Source of the DNA: an uncultured Candidatus Saccharibacteria bacterium
Lineage (GTDB): Bacteria > Patescibacteriota > Minisyncoccia > Phycocordibacterales > UBA9973
NCBI GenBank assembly: GCA_964369095.1
Contig: CAYJDV010000002.1
Location: 1-39,207 of the forward strand
Reading direction: 5' to 3'
Length of the DNA stretch: 39,207 nt
Below the pieces are notes generated by a model that did no database searches, was not told the origin of the DNA, and worked only from the letters and a program-made list of their open reading frames with translations. Below are positions 20,197 to 30,446 of this stretch, in pieces (the first letter of the stretch is position 1; each line of letters starts with the position of its first letter). A program made the translations under genes and the position numbers.

Positions 20197-20439
20197 ATGA
20201 AAACGATAAAATCATCTTATAGAAAACTTCCAGGCAATAAAGCCACTGAAGCAAAATCAATCACAAGAAAAACAAAAAGAAAAACTGTAATTAAGACAGG
20301 TATGTTAAATACTGATTACGGAATGGGTAAGACAACAACAAGTGGATATAAAACTAAAATCAAATACGGAAAGTCAGGGGGAATAAAGAAAGCAAAAACA
20401 AAAAGAATGGGTGCTTATAAAACAATAAACATGATGTAG
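20197..20439 (+). CDS. Lysine-rich highly basic small protein (80 aa)
   Basis: Track ORF. About a quarter of its residues are Lys, with several Arg. No GroES-like motif. Confidence 0.55.
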   Translation: MKTIKSSYRKLPGNKATEAKSITRKTKRKTVIKTGMLNTDYGMGKTTTSGYKTKIKYGKSGGIKKAKTKRMGAYKTINMM

Positions 20440-20506
20440 CTTATGGAAGAAAGAAAAGATAACTACAATGAAATAGAAGACTTATTAAATAAGGAGATAA
20501 AAGTAA

Positions 20507-20947
20507 GTGAACCCAAAAGAGAACCAAAGGTTTGCTTATCTTGCGAGGGATAATATGGAAGACGTAGAAAAAACAGGGGAACAGTTTAAAAACAGCTATG
20601 AAATCTTAGAAAATGAGAAGGAACAAGAATCTAAGAAAAGAGCTGAACACTTAGCCCCCTATCAATATAAGAAAGGACAATCAGGCAATCCATCTGGTCG
20701 CCCTAAAGGTATTTCCCTTAAGGAATACGCTAAGATGAAACTTGTTCATATGACAGATGAAGAGAAGGAGGAGTTTTTTAATGGTATAGACAAACGTGTT
20801 ATCTGGGAAATGGCAGAGGGTAAGGCCGAAGCTAAAACAGATATAACCTCACAGGGGGAAAGGCTTGTATTTGTACCACCAGTAGTTACAGAAAGATTTA
20901 ACTTAAATGAATCTAACGAAAAAACAGGAGGAGTTTCTAGCCAATAG
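20507..20947 (+). CDS. terS: Terminase small subunit-like protein
   Basis: The QSGNPSGRPKG motif is common in small-terminase-like (DUF5681-type) proteins. The gene lies immediately upstream of TerL. AAGGAG sits 10 nt before the GTG at 20507, with an alternative ATG at 20555. Confidence 0.6.
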   Translation: MNPKENQRFAYLARDNMEDVEKTGEQFKNSYEILENEKEQESKKRAEHLAPYQYKKGQSGNPSGRPKGISLKEYAKMKLVHMTDEEKEEFFNGIDKRVIWEMAEGKAEAKTDITSQGERLVFVPPVVTERFNLNESNEKTGGVSSQ

Positions 20948-22124
20948 AGCAAGATATAAGTTTGCTAACTGGGGAAGAAGAAGTGGTAAAACCACAATGT
21001 TTGCCTATGAAGCACTGGGTACTGCTCTTTCTGTTGATAATGCGAGGGTTACATACTACGCCCCAACAGTATCAGATGCCAGAGATATTGCGTGGGGACT
21101 ATTTCAAGAAGTATTTGGTCAAGCTGTTGTAAAGAAAAACGAAACACTACTAGAGCTGACTATTTTAAATAAATTTGGTACTACATCTTTAGTGGTACTA
21201 AGAGGATGGGAATCAGTTGTAATTGGAGAAAAAGGAAGAGGAGTCGAAAACGATTTACTTATATTTGATGAGGTTGCCTTTTGTAGAAACTTTAAAGAAT
21301 TTTGGGTTAAAACACTAGAGCCAACACTTCTAACTTCTAAGGGAAGAGCCGTGTTTGCCTCTACACCAGACGGATTTAACCACTGGTATTCTATGTGCAA
21401 CGAAGCACAAAACAATCATAATGATTTTTACTCTCATGCAACATCATACGATAACCCATTTAACGACCCAGTAGAACTACAAAGAATAAAAGAATCAAGA
21501 ACAGAAGACGCTTTTGCTCAAGAATATCTAGCAGACTTTAGAAAAACAGAGGGATTAGTCTACAAAGAATTTAACAGGGAGAACCACATATTCGATGATT
21601 TCACAAACAAGGGACAGATAATAAGGAGAATATCAAGTGTGGACTTTGGATATAAAAACCCATCGGCGATATATCTAATCGAAGTAAACTATGATAATCA
21701 TTATTGGATTTCAAATGAGTTCTATAAGACAGGTAAACTAAACGCAGAGCTAATTGAATATATAATCTCAATGAAAACTGAGGCTGTATATCCAGACCCA
21801 GCAGAGCCAGATAGACTAAAGGAAATGGAGAACGCTGGGTTAAATGTTCAAGAGGTTTCAAAAGACGTAGAGAAAGGAATTGATAGCGTTAGAAATCTGT
21901 TTAAAACAGGAAGAATACATATCCATAAGGAATGTGAAAATCTAATAAATGAACTAGAATCATATCGATATAAAGAAAAAAGACACGGCTCAAACGAACC
22001 CGAAGACCCAATCAAAGAAAACGACCACGCTTGCGACTCAATCAGATATGCTCTTTATAACATTCAACCAATATCTTATGGTGAAGATGAAAACTTCTCA
22101 CTCTACAAAACATCCTACAAATAG
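20907..22124 (+). CDS. terL: Terminase large subunit
   Basis: Walker A-like WGRRSGKTT and Walker B-like LLIFDEVAF. C-terminal nuclease-type motifs VDFGYKNPSA and NDHACDSIRYALY. Confidence 0.85.
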   Translation: MNLTKKQEEFLANRARYKFANWGRRSGKTTMFAYEALGTALSVDNARVTYYAPTVSDARDIAWGLFQEVFGQAVVKKNETLLELTILNKFGTTSLVVLRGWESVVIGEKGRGVENDLLIFDEVAFCRNFKEFWVKTLEPTLLTSKGRAVFASTPDGFNHWYSMCNEAQNNHNDFYSHATSYDNPFNDPVELQRIKESRTEDAFAQEYLADFRKTEGLVYKEFNRENHIFDDFTNKGQIIRRISSVDFGYKNPSAIYLIEVNYDNHYWISNEFYKTGKLNAELIEYIISMKTEAVYPDPAEPDRLKEMENAGLNVQEVSKDVEKGIDSVRNLFKTGRIHIHKECENLINELESYRYKEKRHGSNEPEDPIKENDHACDSIRYALYNIQPISYGEDENFSLYKTSYK

Positions 22125-22147
22125 TGGTATGTTATAATAACAAATAT

Positions 22148-23938
22148 ATGGCAATATCTAAGAAAAACAAATCAGCAATAGAAGAAATGGCATTAAGAAT
22201 TGTTGATGAGGAACGAAGTAATTGGGAAGACGCAATCTGTTACGTTACTGAAGACGTTGGATTCAAAATGCGTGCAATGATTAGAACCTTTAGAAAGAAC
22301 TACTGGGGAGTATTTGATAGTCCAACAGACCCAAACACAGGATTAGATAAGTTCTGGTTTCACTTAGCAATGAAGACGGTGGAAGATATTGTAAAGAATA
22401 TTGATATTGATTCTAAAGACGTTAACTACAGAGCTAAGAATCCAGATGGACAAGAAATAACTGAGGTTGTTCGAGCTTGGGTAAAAGAATGGCTAGATAA
22501 AAACTATTTTGGAGAAACTCTTGATGAAACAGAGCGACAAGCATGTATTGACGGAACTGTTGTTTGGAAAACATGGTTAAACGGAAAGAAAATTGAAAGA
22601 CGAACAGTTGACCTACTGCACGTTTACATAAACCCCGTAGAAGATAATATTCAATCAGCTTATAGATTTACCGAACGAGGAATAATGACACCAAGTCAAA
22701 TAGCTGGAATGACAGGTTGGATGAACACAGGAGAAATAAAGGGTTCACAAGGTTTAGACTTCAACGATTCTGAAAGAATGTCGGCAAACGCAATGCCAAC
22801 AACAGGAAGTTTTGCAGACGTTTGGGAAATGTGGGGAAAGATTCCAGAAAGCTTAATTACAGGTAAGGCAAAAGACACTAAAGAAATTGACGGACACATA
22901 ATTGTTTCTGGTCTTGAATCTGGAGATAGGAGAGTTCACCTAATCGAAAAGAACAACAACCAAGACGTTGATGGAAATATAATCAAACCATATGAAGAAC
23001 TAAGATTGGTAAAAGTATCTGGGCGATGGTATGGACTTGGATTTATTGAGAGACTACTTGCTCTTCAAGAATACCTAAACGCAACAATGAACATGAGAAT
23101 AAACAAGGCGAGAGTTTCTCAACTTGGATTATTTAAGATACGAAAGGGTGCTGGAATCACACCACAAATGTTGGCGAATCTACCATCAAATGGAGTTGTA
23201 TCTCTAACAAACATGGCAGACCTTGAGCCGATGATGATTCCACCAGTAGACGGAAGCTCATATAAAGATGAGGAAGTTATTAAAGAGTGGGCGTCTGGAG
23301 TTACTCAAGCATACCCAGCCTCAACAGGTGAAGAAACCCCAGCATCTAAATCAGCCACAGCGGTTGCGGTTGAATCTTCTGGTTCTAAGTCTGCTTATGT
23401 TATGTCAAAGAACGCCATTAACTCATTTATTGAGCGATGGTCTGACAGACAACTTCTACCAAAACTTGCTAAGGTAATGCCTAAAGATGAACTACTAAGA
23501 ATAATGTCTGACGATGGAAAGTTTAAAGAGATAACAGAACGAGTTGTTAAGTATTACGCTCACGAAAACATGAAAGAGGGTAAATTCCCTAATTCTGAAC
23601 AAGAAATGATGGTTGCTATTGATAACGCAAGAGAAGCACTTCTTAAAAAGGATGGATTATTCTTCAAACTTGTTCAAGATATTGTCGCAAAGAATATTGA
23701 CACTAAAGTATACGCAACTAATGAATCAATGAACCCAGGTGTTGTTATTGCAAACCTACTTCAAACACTACAAATTGCCCCAGAGTATAAGGAACCAATA
23801 GTTAAAGAAGTATTTAACTTAATGGGAATAAACATACCAAATCTTCCAAAGATTCAACCAAACCCAGAAGAAAATATTTCGCAAGCACCAATGGCGATGC
23901 CAACAGAACAAGGAGTGTTACAAGACTCATTGACTTAA
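22148..23938 (+). CDS. Portal protein (called on position and size)
   Basis: About 597 aa, directly after TerL and before the scaffold and capsid genes. I prefer the ATG at 22148 over the track's GTG at 22124. Confidence 0.6.
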   Translation: MAISKKNKSAIEEMALRIVDEERSNWEDAICYVTEDVGFKMRAMIRTFRKNYWGVFDSPTDPNTGLDKFWFHLAMKTVEDIVKNIDIDSKDVNYRAKNPDGQEITEVVRAWVKEWLDKNYFGETLDETERQACIDGTVVWKTWLNGKKIERRTVDLLHVYINPVEDNIQSAYRFTERGIMTPSQIAGMTGWMNTGEIKGSQGLDFNDSERMSANAMPTTGSFADVWEMWGKIPESLITGKAKDTKEIDGHIIVSGLESGDRRVHLIEKNNNQDVDGNIIKPYEELRLVKVSGRWYGLGFIERLLALQEYLNATMNMRINKARVSQLGLFKIRKGAGITPQMLANLPSNGVVSLTNMADLEPMMIPPVDGSSYKDEEVIKEWASGVTQAYPASTGEETPASKSATAVAVESSGSKSAYVMSKNAINSFIERWSDRQLLPKLAKVMPKDELLRIMSDDGKFKEITERVVKYYAHENMKEGKFPNSEQEMMVAIDNAREALLKKDGLFFKLVQDIVAKNIDTKVYATNESMNPGVVIANLLQTLQIAPEYKEPIVKEVFNLMGINIPNLPKIQPNPEENISQAPMAMPTEQGVLQDSLT

Positions 23939-23949
23939 TGTGATATAAT

Positions 23950-24249
23950 ATGAATAAACTAGACAAAGAAACTTCTACAATCGTAAGAACAGAAAAAACA
24001 GTAGAGGAATTGATGAAGCACGATGGCTGGAAAATCGTTGATGAACTGTATAAAAGTAAAATAAAAGACCTTGAAAGCATACTGAACGTTTCAGGTACAA
24101 CAGCAGAACAAGTTTCAATCGATGTAAAATCCAGAGTAATAGCAATGAACTACTTGGTTGATTTCATGACTGAAATACAGGGAATGGCTCAAAATAGTCA
24201 ATTCACAAATCAAGAAGTAAAAAGAGAAGCCTTGATATTTAGGAAGTAG
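23950..24249 (+). CDS. Hypothetical protein in the head module (99 aa)
   Basis: Track ORF with ATG start. Confidence 0.55.
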   Translation: MNKLDKETSTIVRTEKTVEELMKHDGWKIVDELYKSKIKDLESILNVSGTTAEQVSIDVKSRVIAMNYLVDFMTEIQGMAQNSQFTNQEVKREALIFRK

Positions 24250-24311
24250 TTTATCTCCAGCACGCCTTAGCTGGGGGTAAAACCCCTATTATAAGTAAGC
24301 ACATTTAAAAT

Positions 24312-24911
24312 ATGTACGATGAAAATCAAGAGTTAATTAACGATAACGACCTAATTGGTGATGCTAGCAACGACAACGTTGAATCATCAATCTCAGAATC
24401 GTCTGACTCTCAACCTACCCAAGCACAAGTTGAGAATCTTTCGTTAGATGAACTCAATAGGTATTTGGGTAAAAACTACCCAAACAAGGATTCAGCTTTA
24501 AAGTCATTAAAAGATACTTTTAGCTATGTGGGTAAAAAGAAAGAAACTGTTGTCAAAGAGGCTTTCGATGAAAACAAGTTTATTTCAAGGGAACAATACG
24601 AAGAAGACATGTTCTTCTCTCGTAACCCAGAATACACAACTCCTGAAATGAAAGAGATTATTAAATCAATGGCAAAAGCTGACGGCATTAGACCATCAGA
24701 TGTTGTTGAAAAAGACTCATTCAAAAAAGTGTTTGGGGCGGTTAAGGGATATTCAGAATCACAGAACTTAAAGTCTGTGCTTGAAACAAATCCACGTATA
24801 GCTCAAACAAAATCATTACTGAAAGAAGCCCAAGAAGCAAAAATGTCTGGTAACAAAGTGTTAGCAGAAGAACTTGCAACTAAAGCGGTGATGGATGCGT
24901 ACGAGATGTAA
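24312..24911 (+). CDS. Scaffolding protein candidate (199 aa)
   Basis: Acidic, helical-looking sequence lying between the portal and capsid genes. Confidence 0.5.
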   Translation: MYDENQELINDNDLIGDASNDNVESSISESSDSQPTQAQVENLSLDELNRYLGKNYPNKDSALKSLKDTFSYVGKKKETVVKEAFDENKFISREQYEEDMFFSRNPEYTTPEMKEIIKSMAKADGIRPSDVVEKDSFKKVFGAVKGYSESQNLKSVLETNPRIAQTKSLLKEAQEAKMSGNKVLAEELATKAVMDAYEM

Positions 24912-24934
24912 GCGGTACATTAAAACTTAACATT

Positions 24935-25861
24935 ATGGCATTAACAAACTCATATCTTACTTACGGAGATACATCACGAAAGGAAGATGTTGTACTAAAC
25001 TCAATCGAAACATTGACAGCGGAAGAAAACTTCCTGTTGACAACTCTTGGTAAAACAGAAGCGATTGACACAGTTCACTCTTACCTAACTGATTCATTAC
25101 AAACACCAGCGTCTGGAGCGGTAGCAATGGGAACTGATTTCACACCTAACGCACTTACTCAACCAGCTCGACTTACAAACATTGTTGAAGAAATGGAGCA
25201 AACTATTCTTGTATCACGACCACAAGAAAAAGTTCAGCACTACCACGGACAAAACGAAACACAAAGACAAACAACAAAGGCTCTTAAAGACTGGGGTAAC
25301 TCAGCAGAATACGACCTTCTACGTTCAACTTTGGTTTCTGGAGTTTCTGGAACAACTGCAAAAATGAATGGAGTTATCGCTGCGATTTCTAAATCAACAA
25401 ACACAACTGCACACACATCTGGAACAGTATTTTCTGCAACAATCCTAGACGGACTTATGCAAGCAAACTGGGAAAACTCAAATGGCGATGTAGCAACTGA
25501 CCTTGTTGTTGGAGGAGTAATGCGAAGAGTAGTTGACAACTTTGTACAAAAGTCAAACATCGTAGTTAATAACCCGTCTTCTGTGTCTAACATTGTAAAG
25601 ACAGTTACAACTTACGAAACGGCTTTTGGAACAATTTCAATCAACCTACACCGATACATTCAAGAATCTGGTGATGCGACAGGAAGAGTTCTAGCAATTC
25701 GACCTGACAAACTAAAGATTGCTTACCTAGACAGACCAATGATTAAAGATTTGGCTGAAGGTGGAGCATACACAAAGAAAGCTGTTTATGGTTCTTGTAC
25801 TCTAGAAGTACGAAACCAAGATTCAAACTTCTTTGCATCTGGATTCCTAAAATCTGCGTAA
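24935..25861 (+). CDS. Major capsid protein (SU10-type / DUF5309-like)
   Basis: The N-terminus (TYGDTSRKEDVVLNSIETLTAEENFLLTTLGKTEAIDTVHSYLTDSL) follows the pattern I recall for this capsid family. Position and size also fit. Confidence 0.7.
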   Translation: MALTNSYLTYGDTSRKEDVVLNSIETLTAEENFLLTTLGKTEAIDTVHSYLTDSLQTPASGAVAMGTDFTPNALTQPARLTNIVEEMEQTILVSRPQEKVQHYHGQNETQRQTTKALKDWGNSAEYDLLRSTLVSGVSGTTAKMNGVIAAISKSTNTTAHTSGTVFSATILDGLMQANWENSNGDVATDLVVGGVMRRVVDNFVQKSNIVVNNPSSVSNIVKTVTTYETAFGTISINLHRYIQESGDATGRVLAIRPDKLKIAYLDRPMIKDLAEGGAYTKKAVYGSCTLEVRNQDSNFFASGFLKSA

Positions 25862-25882
25862 TCTTCGTACAATAAGATTGTT

Positions 25883-25917
25883 TATCGCCCCTGCTGTTCA
25901 GTATGGCTTGGGCGATA
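25883..25917 (+). terminator. Hairpin after the capsid gene (attenuator or stabiliser; no T-run)
   Basis: The 8-bp stem tatcgccc/gggcgata has a 19-nt loop. Confidence 0.35.
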
Positions 25918-25934
25918 CATACTGAAAATAATCT

Positions 25935-26234
25935 ATGAATACAACCAAAAATAAAATAAAGAACGTTGTTAAACTATATTCGGAAATGTTTAGTGAAGAA
26001 TACAAACAATTCCAAAAGGAATCAGACGAAAGAAGAAGACTTGTACGAGATGAATTTGCCACAATTAAAGATACACAATACATTCAAAGGGCATTATTCT
26101 CAATCCCTGAAAAGTTACACGTGGCACTAATTAAAAACCTAACAGATGAAGAACTAAAATACTGGAAGACAAAAGAGTGTGCTAGATGGTTCGCTAAAAC
26201 ATTCCCAGTATTTACTCTTCCTAAAAAAATATAA
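25935..26234 (+). CDS. Hypothetical protein (99 aa)
   Basis: Track ORF. TAATG overlap with the next gene. Confidence 0.55.
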   Translation: MNTTKNKIKNVVKLYSEMFSEEYKQFQKESDERRRLVRDEFATIKDTQYIQRALFSIPEKLHVALIKNLTDEELKYWKTKECARWFAKTFPVFTLPKKI

Positions 26235-28558
26235 TGAAAGTAGCACTAAGTCTGATTGTAAAAGGAACAGATGAGGAAGCAATACTACTAGACAGATGTC
26301 TGGAGAGTGTATCTCCTTTTGTTGATGGAATATTTATAACCTCGACGCATAAAAAGGGTGACAAACCAAACGAATCAGTTGCTAAGATTGCAAAACTATA
26401 CAACGCAAACCTTTCTACTTTTGAATGGGTAAATGACTTTGCCAAAGCGAGAAACTTTAACTTCTCACAAGTAACAAAAGACTTTGATTACATTATGTGG
26501 TGCGATGCCGATGATGTGTTCAGAGGACTTGAGAAACTAAAACCAACCCTAGAAGAAAATAAAACAGTTGACGTGTTTGCTTTCTGGTATTTGTATGATT
26601 TTGATGAATTTAAGAATCCGACAGTTGTACACAAGAAAAGCCAGCTGGTAAAAAACAATGACTGTGTATATTGGGAAGGCTCACTACACGAAGACTTCGT
26701 AGCTAACAGAGAACTTAACACTAAGTTTATCGAGGGTATAGAACGATTACACTTAACAACACAAGAAAGATTTGAAGTTGCTAAAGGAAGAAACATAGAA
26801 GTTGCACAACACCACACAGAGGAAAAGCCAGAAGACCCACGCTCTTGGTGGAATCTTGCCAACTCCTATTTTGGAGCTGGAGAATATACTAAAGCTAAAG
26901 AATGTTTTGATAAGTTCTATAAAATGTCTCAATCGGAAGATGAAAAGTATTTAGTTAGACTAAGACTTGCACAGATTGAAAAGAGTTTAGGAAACCATGA
27001 TGACGCCGTACTAAACCTGCAAATAGCAATCGGAATGAAGCCAGAGATACCTGATTCATATCTACAAATGGGTCAAATGTATTCTGATTTTAACCTGCTT
27101 GATAAGGCTGAGAAGTTCTTACTACTTGGATTAAAAATGAAGCCACAGTATCACGGGATTATTGTGTATAACCCACGAGACTATGACTACAATCCAATGA
27201 TGCAATTAGCACAGGTTTACTTCAAGAAGAATAGACCAGACCTTGCTCTTAAAATGCTTAAGGGGTGTCTCGCAATCGTACCAGAAAGCGACTACATAAA
27301 AGGACTTGTAAAAGAAATGGAAAAAGAACAAACACGAGTGGAGGAAGTGGTTAAACTTGCTATCAAATTAGACACAATAAAGGATAAGGTTAAACTTAAA
27401 AAGGCACTAGACAAGATACCTAAAGACCTACAATCACACCCAAAGATAAACCAAATCAGAAACCAAAACTTTATTAAGGAAACTTCAACAGGTAAAGATA
27501 TTGCATACTTCTGTGGATTTACAGACCATGTTTGGAATCCTGAAATATTCAAGACAAAAGGCTTTGGTGGTTCAGAGGAGGCGGTGGTTAATCTGTCTAA
27601 GGAGTGGGCTAAACGGGGCTATAACGTAACTGTATACAATAACTGTGGTACGGAAGAGATGACTGCTGACGGGGTTAAGTACAAACCATTCTGGACATTC
27701 AACTCAAAGGATAAGTGGGACTACTTAATTCTTTGGAGACACCCACGCATGCTTGATTACGAAGTAAATGCTACAAATGTTTACGTTGATATGCACGACG
27801 TCGTACCGAAAGGAGAGTTTACAGAATCACGACTCGCTAAGGCCAAGAAGATTCTATTTAAAACAAACTTCCACAGAAACCTATTTCCAAACATACCAGA
27901 TGATAAATGTGAAATAATACCAAACGGAATGGACTTTGAATTGTTCAATCAAGACGTTAAGAAAGACCAATACTTGCTTGTAAACACTTCTTCACCTGAT
28001 AGGTCAATGGATGTTATGCCCAAACTATTCAAGATGATTAAGGAACGTGTACCCAACGCTAAAATGAAATGGTCATATGGCTGGGATGTGTTTGATTCTG
28101 CTCACGGAGATAATAAAGTTATGATGGCGTGGAGACATAAACTACAAAAAGAAATTGACGAAGCTGGTATTGAATCACTTGGTAAAATACCACAATCAGA
28201 ATGTGCTAAACTTTACCTAGAGGGAAATGTTCTAGCCTATCCATCAGAGTTTGCCGAGATTGATTGTATCTCTGTTAAGAAGGCACAGGCTTGCGGAGCT
28301 ATTCCAGTAACAACAGACTTCGGAGCATTTAATGAAAGTGTGCAGTTCGGGGTAAAAATACACTCAGATAAAACAAATGAAACTTGGGCTAAGGATTATC
28401 AAATGAGTTTCGGGCTTGAAGATGAAACTAAACAAAAGGAATGGGTTGAAGCGGTGGTTAAATTATTAGAAACCCCTATTGAGAATCGTGATGAAATGAA
28501 AGAATGGACAAAGAAATTCTCTTGGGACTTAATATCAAATAAATGGTTATGTCAATAG
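26234..28558 (+). CDS. Three-module glycosyltransferase: GT-A (GT2-like), TPR repeats, GT-B (GT4-like), 774 aa
   Basis: aa 1-190: ALSLIVKG...LDRCLESV...WVNDFAKARNF...WCDADDV (DxD at 26504-26515). aa ~203-352: TPR-like helices (WWNLANSYFGAGEYTKAKECF, YLQMGQMYSDFNLLDKAEKFLLLGL, LAQVYFKKNRPDLALKML). aa ~421-774: GFGGSEEAVVNLSKEWAKRGYNVTVY and YPSEFAEIDCISVKKAQACGAIPV. Confidence 0.75.
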   Translation: MKVALSLIVKGTDEEAILLDRCLESVSPFVDGIFITSTHKKGDKPNESVAKIAKLYNANLSTFEWVNDFAKARNFNFSQVTKDFDYIMWCDADDVFRGLEKLKPTLEENKTVDVFAFWYLYDFDEFKNPTVVHKKSQLVKNNDCVYWEGSLHEDFVANRELNTKFIEGIERLHLTTQERFEVAKGRNIEVAQHHTEEKPEDPRSWWNLANSYFGAGEYTKAKECFDKFYKMSQSEDEKYLVRLRLAQIEKSLGNHDDAVLNLQIAIGMKPEIPDSYLQMGQMYSDFNLLDKAEKFLLLGLKMKPQYHGIIVYNPRDYDYNPMMQLAQVYFKKNRPDLALKMLKGCLAIVPESDYIKGLVKEMEKEQTRVEEVVKLAIKLDTIKDKVKLKKALDKIPKDLQSHPKINQIRNQNFIKETSTGKDIAYFCGFTDHVWNPEIFKTKGFGGSEEAVVNLSKEWAKRGYNVTVYNNCGTEEMTADGVKYKPFWTFNSKDKWDYLILWRHPRMLDYEVNATNVYVDMHDVVPKGEFTESRLAKAKKILFKTNFHRNLFPNIPDDKCEIIPNGMDFELFNQDVKKDQYLLVNTSSPDRSMDVMPKLFKMIKERVPNAKMKWSYGWDVFDSAHGDNKVMMAWRHKLQKEIDEAGIESLGKIPQSECAKLYLEGNVLAYPSEFAEIDCISVKKAQACGAIPVTTDFGAFNESVQFGVKIHSDKTNETWAKDYQMSFGLEDETKQKEWVEAVVKLLETPIENRDEMKEWTKKFSWDLISNKWLCQ

Positions 28559-28962
28559 CATCAAAATACGAAGATATGGGTGTAGACCCATTACTAGCAA
28601 CAGAACTTATGGATTTACTCGGAATATATCCAGATGATTTTATAGACCAAAGAAGATTCGAGAAGTTTAAAGACGTTGCAAGATATATTGGTAAGTTTGA
28701 AAACTATCAGTATATGATTAAGAAACTAACATTGGCAAAGAATGTGGACAAGTTAACCCATATCTGGGAATGGTGCGAGTTGTCTAAGCAAAAAGCTGAC
28801 GCAGATAGTCAAATAGATTCTGTATCGCTTGAAGATTCTGAAATGACTGGAATGGTAAACAATCGAGAGGGAATGGAAAAACTATCTAAGATACAAAACC
28901 TATTAAAGGAAAACATAAACAAGTCTTCTAAGTTAGACGAGGAGATGAAGCTATATGGCTAA
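28543..28962 (+). CDS. Hypothetical acidic protein within the glycosylation cassette (139 aa)
   Basis: Track ORF. It overlaps both neighbouring genes. Confidence 0.55.
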   Translation: MVMSIASKYEDMGVDPLLATELMDLLGIYPDDFIDQRRFEKFKDVARYIGKFENYQYMIKKLTLAKNVDKLTHIWEWCELSKQKADADSQIDSVSLEDSEMTGMVNNREGMEKLSKIQNLLKENINKSSKLDEEMKLYG

Positions 28963-29857
28963 GATTGCGTTTGTGTGGCAAGGGATAGACGGAAGATATG
29001 GACACTGGCAAGATGGCCTGTGGCTTGCCATGAAGCACTTAGAGAAAGAATTTGAGGTAACATATCATGACATATATGAAGACATACCCGAGGATTCAAT
29101 CGTATTGTATTGGGAAGCACCTTGTACAATTAACGGAGAGTTTGGAGCTAACTATAAACGAATACAGAACCTACCAAACAAAAAGATTTTACTCTTTGCT
29201 GGTGGTCCCATTAAAAAAGAATGGGTTGATGGTTTTGATATGGTATGTGTAGAGAGTAAGTTAAACAAAGATGAGTTCGACGCTATCGGTGTTCCGAACA
29301 TAACAGCGTTTGGAATCAATGACGAGATATTCAAACCACTTAACTTGCCTAAGAAATACAAAGCAATCCATCAAGGAACTTCTGCTAGTTGGAAAAGACA
29401 ATGGCTTATGGCAGAGGCATTTAGAGAGGGTGCGTTGCTCGTTGGAAGATACCAAGAATCAGACCCAAGACCGTTTGACGATTCTCGCAAGCTGGGAGCT
29501 ACAATACTAGACGAAAAACCATACCCAGAAATTGCTAAGTTAATAAACGAATCAGAAGTGTTAGCACAAACATCAGAGTATTGGGGTGGTGGTCAACGTG
29601 CAACCTTAGAAGCTATGGCTTGTGGTGTTCCAGTAATCTGTATGACAGATAGTCCAAAGAATCGTGAGTATGTAGAAGAGAGTGGAGCTGGCTTAATTTG
29701 TGAACCAGACGCTAATAGTATAAGACGTGCGTACGATGAAATTATGACATGGACAGATGAAGAAAAAATGCGAGGTGTAGAGTATGTAAAAAATAAATGG
29801 ACAGGTAAACATTATTCAGAGAATTTAAAGAAAGCAATTTATGCCATCAACTCCTAA
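28955..29857 (+). CDS. Glycosyltransferase, GT-B fold (group 1-like)
   Basis: SEYWGGGQRATLEAMACGVPVICMTDSPKNREYVEESGAGLICEP is a typical GT1/GT4 C-terminal signature. Confidence 0.7.
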   Translation: MAKIAFVWQGIDGRYGHWQDGLWLAMKHLEKEFEVTYHDIYEDIPEDSIVLYWEAPCTINGEFGANYKRIQNLPNKKILLFAGGPIKKEWVDGFDMVCVESKLNKDEFDAIGVPNITAFGINDEIFKPLNLPKKYKAIHQGTSASWKRQWLMAEAFREGALLVGRYQESDPRPFDDSRKLGATILDEKPYPEIAKLINESEVLAQTSEYWGGGQRATLEAMACGVPVICMTDSPKNREYVEESGAGLICEPDANSIRRAYDEIMTWTDEEKMRGVEYVKNKWTGKHYSENLKKAIYAINS

Positions 29858-30446
29858 AGACCACTTCCAATATACGATTCAAGAATGGAGTAACGACCCA
29901 TTTAAGGAAATCCTAAACAAGGTTAAAGACATTAAAGTTGTCTATGATATTGGTGCAAACTCTGGCGGGTTTTCATTCCTACTTGATTCACTTTTTGATG
30001 ATTTAGATATTTACTGCTTTGAACCAGTTGGAAGAAACTTTGATGAACTTAAAAAGAATATGCCGAACGCCAAATGCCTAAAGTACGGAATCTATTATGG
30101 AGAAAGAGAATCAAGAATACTTTGGCGAGGGGAGAATTGTGGTGCCTTCTTTGTTGAACATGTTAATTCTGGTGAACCAAGAGTTGACATTGGGGAAAGG
30201 GTTGAACTTAGGGAATTAGAAGAACTAAAACTTCCGAAACCAGACCTAATTAAGATTGACATTGAGGGGGCAGAAGAAAATGTAATACCAAACTCTAAGA
30301 TAATTAAAGATACTAAATACTTAATTATTGAATGGCATCCAGACCACGTTCCAGTATTAGACTTCTTTAAAGAACACCTACCCAAACATAAGATTATTCA
30401 CAATATAGAAAACAGACAATTTCTTTTATGCCTAGAATCAGCGTAA
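29841..30446 (+). CDS. FkbM-family methyltransferase
   Basis: VYDIGANSGGFSF (SAM-binding glycine motif) and LIKIDIEGAEENV (the FkbM signature). Confidence 0.7.
   Translation: MPSTPKDHFQYTIQEWSNDPFKEILNKVKDIKVVYDIGANSGGFSFLLDSLFDDLDIYCFEPVGRNFDELKKNMPNAKCLKYGIYYGERESRILWRGENCGAFFVEHVNSGEPRVDIGERVELRELEELKLPKPDLIKIDIEGAEENVIPNSKIIKDTKYLIIEWHPDHVPVLDFFKEHLPKHKIIHNIENRQFLLCLESA

Noticed and set aside
20555-20947. Shorter TerS starting at the ATG at 20555
   Set aside because: It is not excluded, but AAGGAG lies 10 nt upstream of the GTG at 20507. That is one of the few clear SD sequences in the genome, so the longer form was kept.
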